Sequence record: NC_041918.2
Direction: 5' to 3' (one strand)
DNA from: Geobacillus phage TP-84
Length of the DNA stretch: 24,000 bases
Positions 23,075 to 24,000 of this stretch are shown here, piece after piece. Position 1 is the first letter of the stretch. Each line of letters opens with the position of its first letter. Below the pieces are notes generated by a model. It was given only the letters and a program-made list of their open reading frames with translations, had not been told where the DNA came from and searched no databases. The position numbers and the translations under genes are program-made.

Positions 23075-24000
23075 ATGGGATTCGATATGCAATATTTCAG
23101 CGAAAAAGAAGCACAGCAATATCAAGATGCAGTGGAAAAACTCACTGAACAAAACACGATCCAGGTGGTTTCACTTAACGACATCAAACAAAAACTACTG
23201 GAAGAAGTGAAGGAATTCGAATTCAGTCCACTGGAATATGTGCCAGGGCCAGATGAAACGCAAAAAACCATCTTTTTAAAGATCGCTAACATCATGGGTG
23301 AACTGGACCGAATTCCGAAATCGGGATACAACAAGCAATTCGATTACTATTATGTGACTGAATCTGATGTGGTCGGCGCGGTGCGGCCGCTGATGGCGAA
23401 ATATAAACTTGTCATGATGCCATCGCTGAAAAAATACAAAACAGAAACGATCCAGGGCAAATACAACAAGATGATCATGGGAACGGTCGAAATCGAATGG
23501 ATCGTGCGTGATGCCGAATCCTATGAACAGATAAAATTCACGATGTTAGGCAAGGGCCTGGACAATCTGGAAAAAGACATTTACAAAGCAATCACCGGGA
23601 ATAAAAAATATGCGCTGATCACACTGTTTATGATCGACAGCGGTGACGATCCAGAACGGAACGACACACCGACTGGTGAAGAAGGGCCACAAAACGCACA
23701 GAATGGGCCAGAAAACACGAAAAAGACACAAGGGAATAGTAAAACACCAGGGCAACCGAAAAACGGCCAGGAAGTGCCAAAAAATGCGTCACAAGGGCAA
23801 CCGCAACAACCGCCGCAACAGCCGCCAGTCAAACAACCGACAAAAGGTGATCTATTGACACGGTGGGTGGTCCTGGCAGGGCCGGATCAAAAGAAACAGG
23901 AAGTGCGGAAGGCGTTCGATGAATGGTATGAAAAGAAAAAGGCCGAAGGATGGGATCACATGGCCATGATGCAAGCATTGACGAAAAAACTGCATGAAAA
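23075..24000 (+). CDS. ERF-superfamily single-strand annealing protein, truncated by window end
   Basis: GAAAGGGGAATTCAA RBS; open to end of window; 'FDYYYVTESDVVGAVRPLMAKYKLVMMPS', 'DIYKAITGNKKYALITLFMIDSGDDPE'; P/Q-rich linker then C-terminal domain. Confidence 0.8.
   Translation, partial: MGFDMQYFSEKEAQQYQDAVEKLTEQNTIQVVSLNDIKQKLLEEVKEFEFSPLEYVPGPDETQKTIFLKIANIMGELDRIPKSGYNKQFDYYYVTESDVVGAVRPLMAKYKLVMMPSLKKYKTETIQGKYNKMIMGTVEIEWIVRDAESYEQIKFTMLGKGLDNLEKDIYKAITGNKKYALITLFMIDSGDDPERNDTPTGEEGPQNAQNGPENTKKTQGNSKTPGQPKNGQEVPKNASQGQPQQPPQQPPVKQPTKGDLLTRWVVLAGPDQKKQEVRKAFDEWYEKKKAEGWDHMAMMQALTKKLHE

Noticed and set aside
22037-24000. Cas4-like nuclease as evidence of a CRISPR-Cas locus
   Set aside because: No cas1, cas2 or repeats nearby; the pairing with an ERF-type annealing protein fits a phage recombination module.

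Overview
The window is part of a tailed (siphovirus-like) temperate phage or phage-plasmid of a spore-forming Firmicute. Every supportable gene is on the + strand. Order: tail-assembly chaperone pair with a textbook -1 slippery site (T TTT TTT at 456-462); tape measure; distal tail protein; Tal/LamG-type tail protein; duplicated small tail proteins; a 991-aa tail protein with a GH18-like barrel split by a large insertion; holin; GH25+LysM endolysin; a run of small genes; a separate unit with an RHH-like protein, a VirB2-like membrane protein and a VirD4/VirB4/HerA-type ATPase; promoter-gene-terminator cassettes; a 52-aa Spo0E-like protein missed by the ORF track; an XRE regulator; a Cas4/RecB-like nuclease; and an ERF-type annealing protein running off the right edge. 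The most notable signal is non-coding. Three intergenic elements (about 14298-14360, 15058-15121, 15400-15464) match the permuted type II hammerhead ribozyme architecture: GAAA, stem III hairpin, GUC cleavage triplet, stem I hairpin, CUGANGA, short stem II. They show compensatory changes. Each lies directly between the stop codon of one small gene and the ribosome-binding site of the next, and each is followed by a covarying hairpin that would sequester the catalytic core. No database search or folding program was run; family names come from motif recognition.
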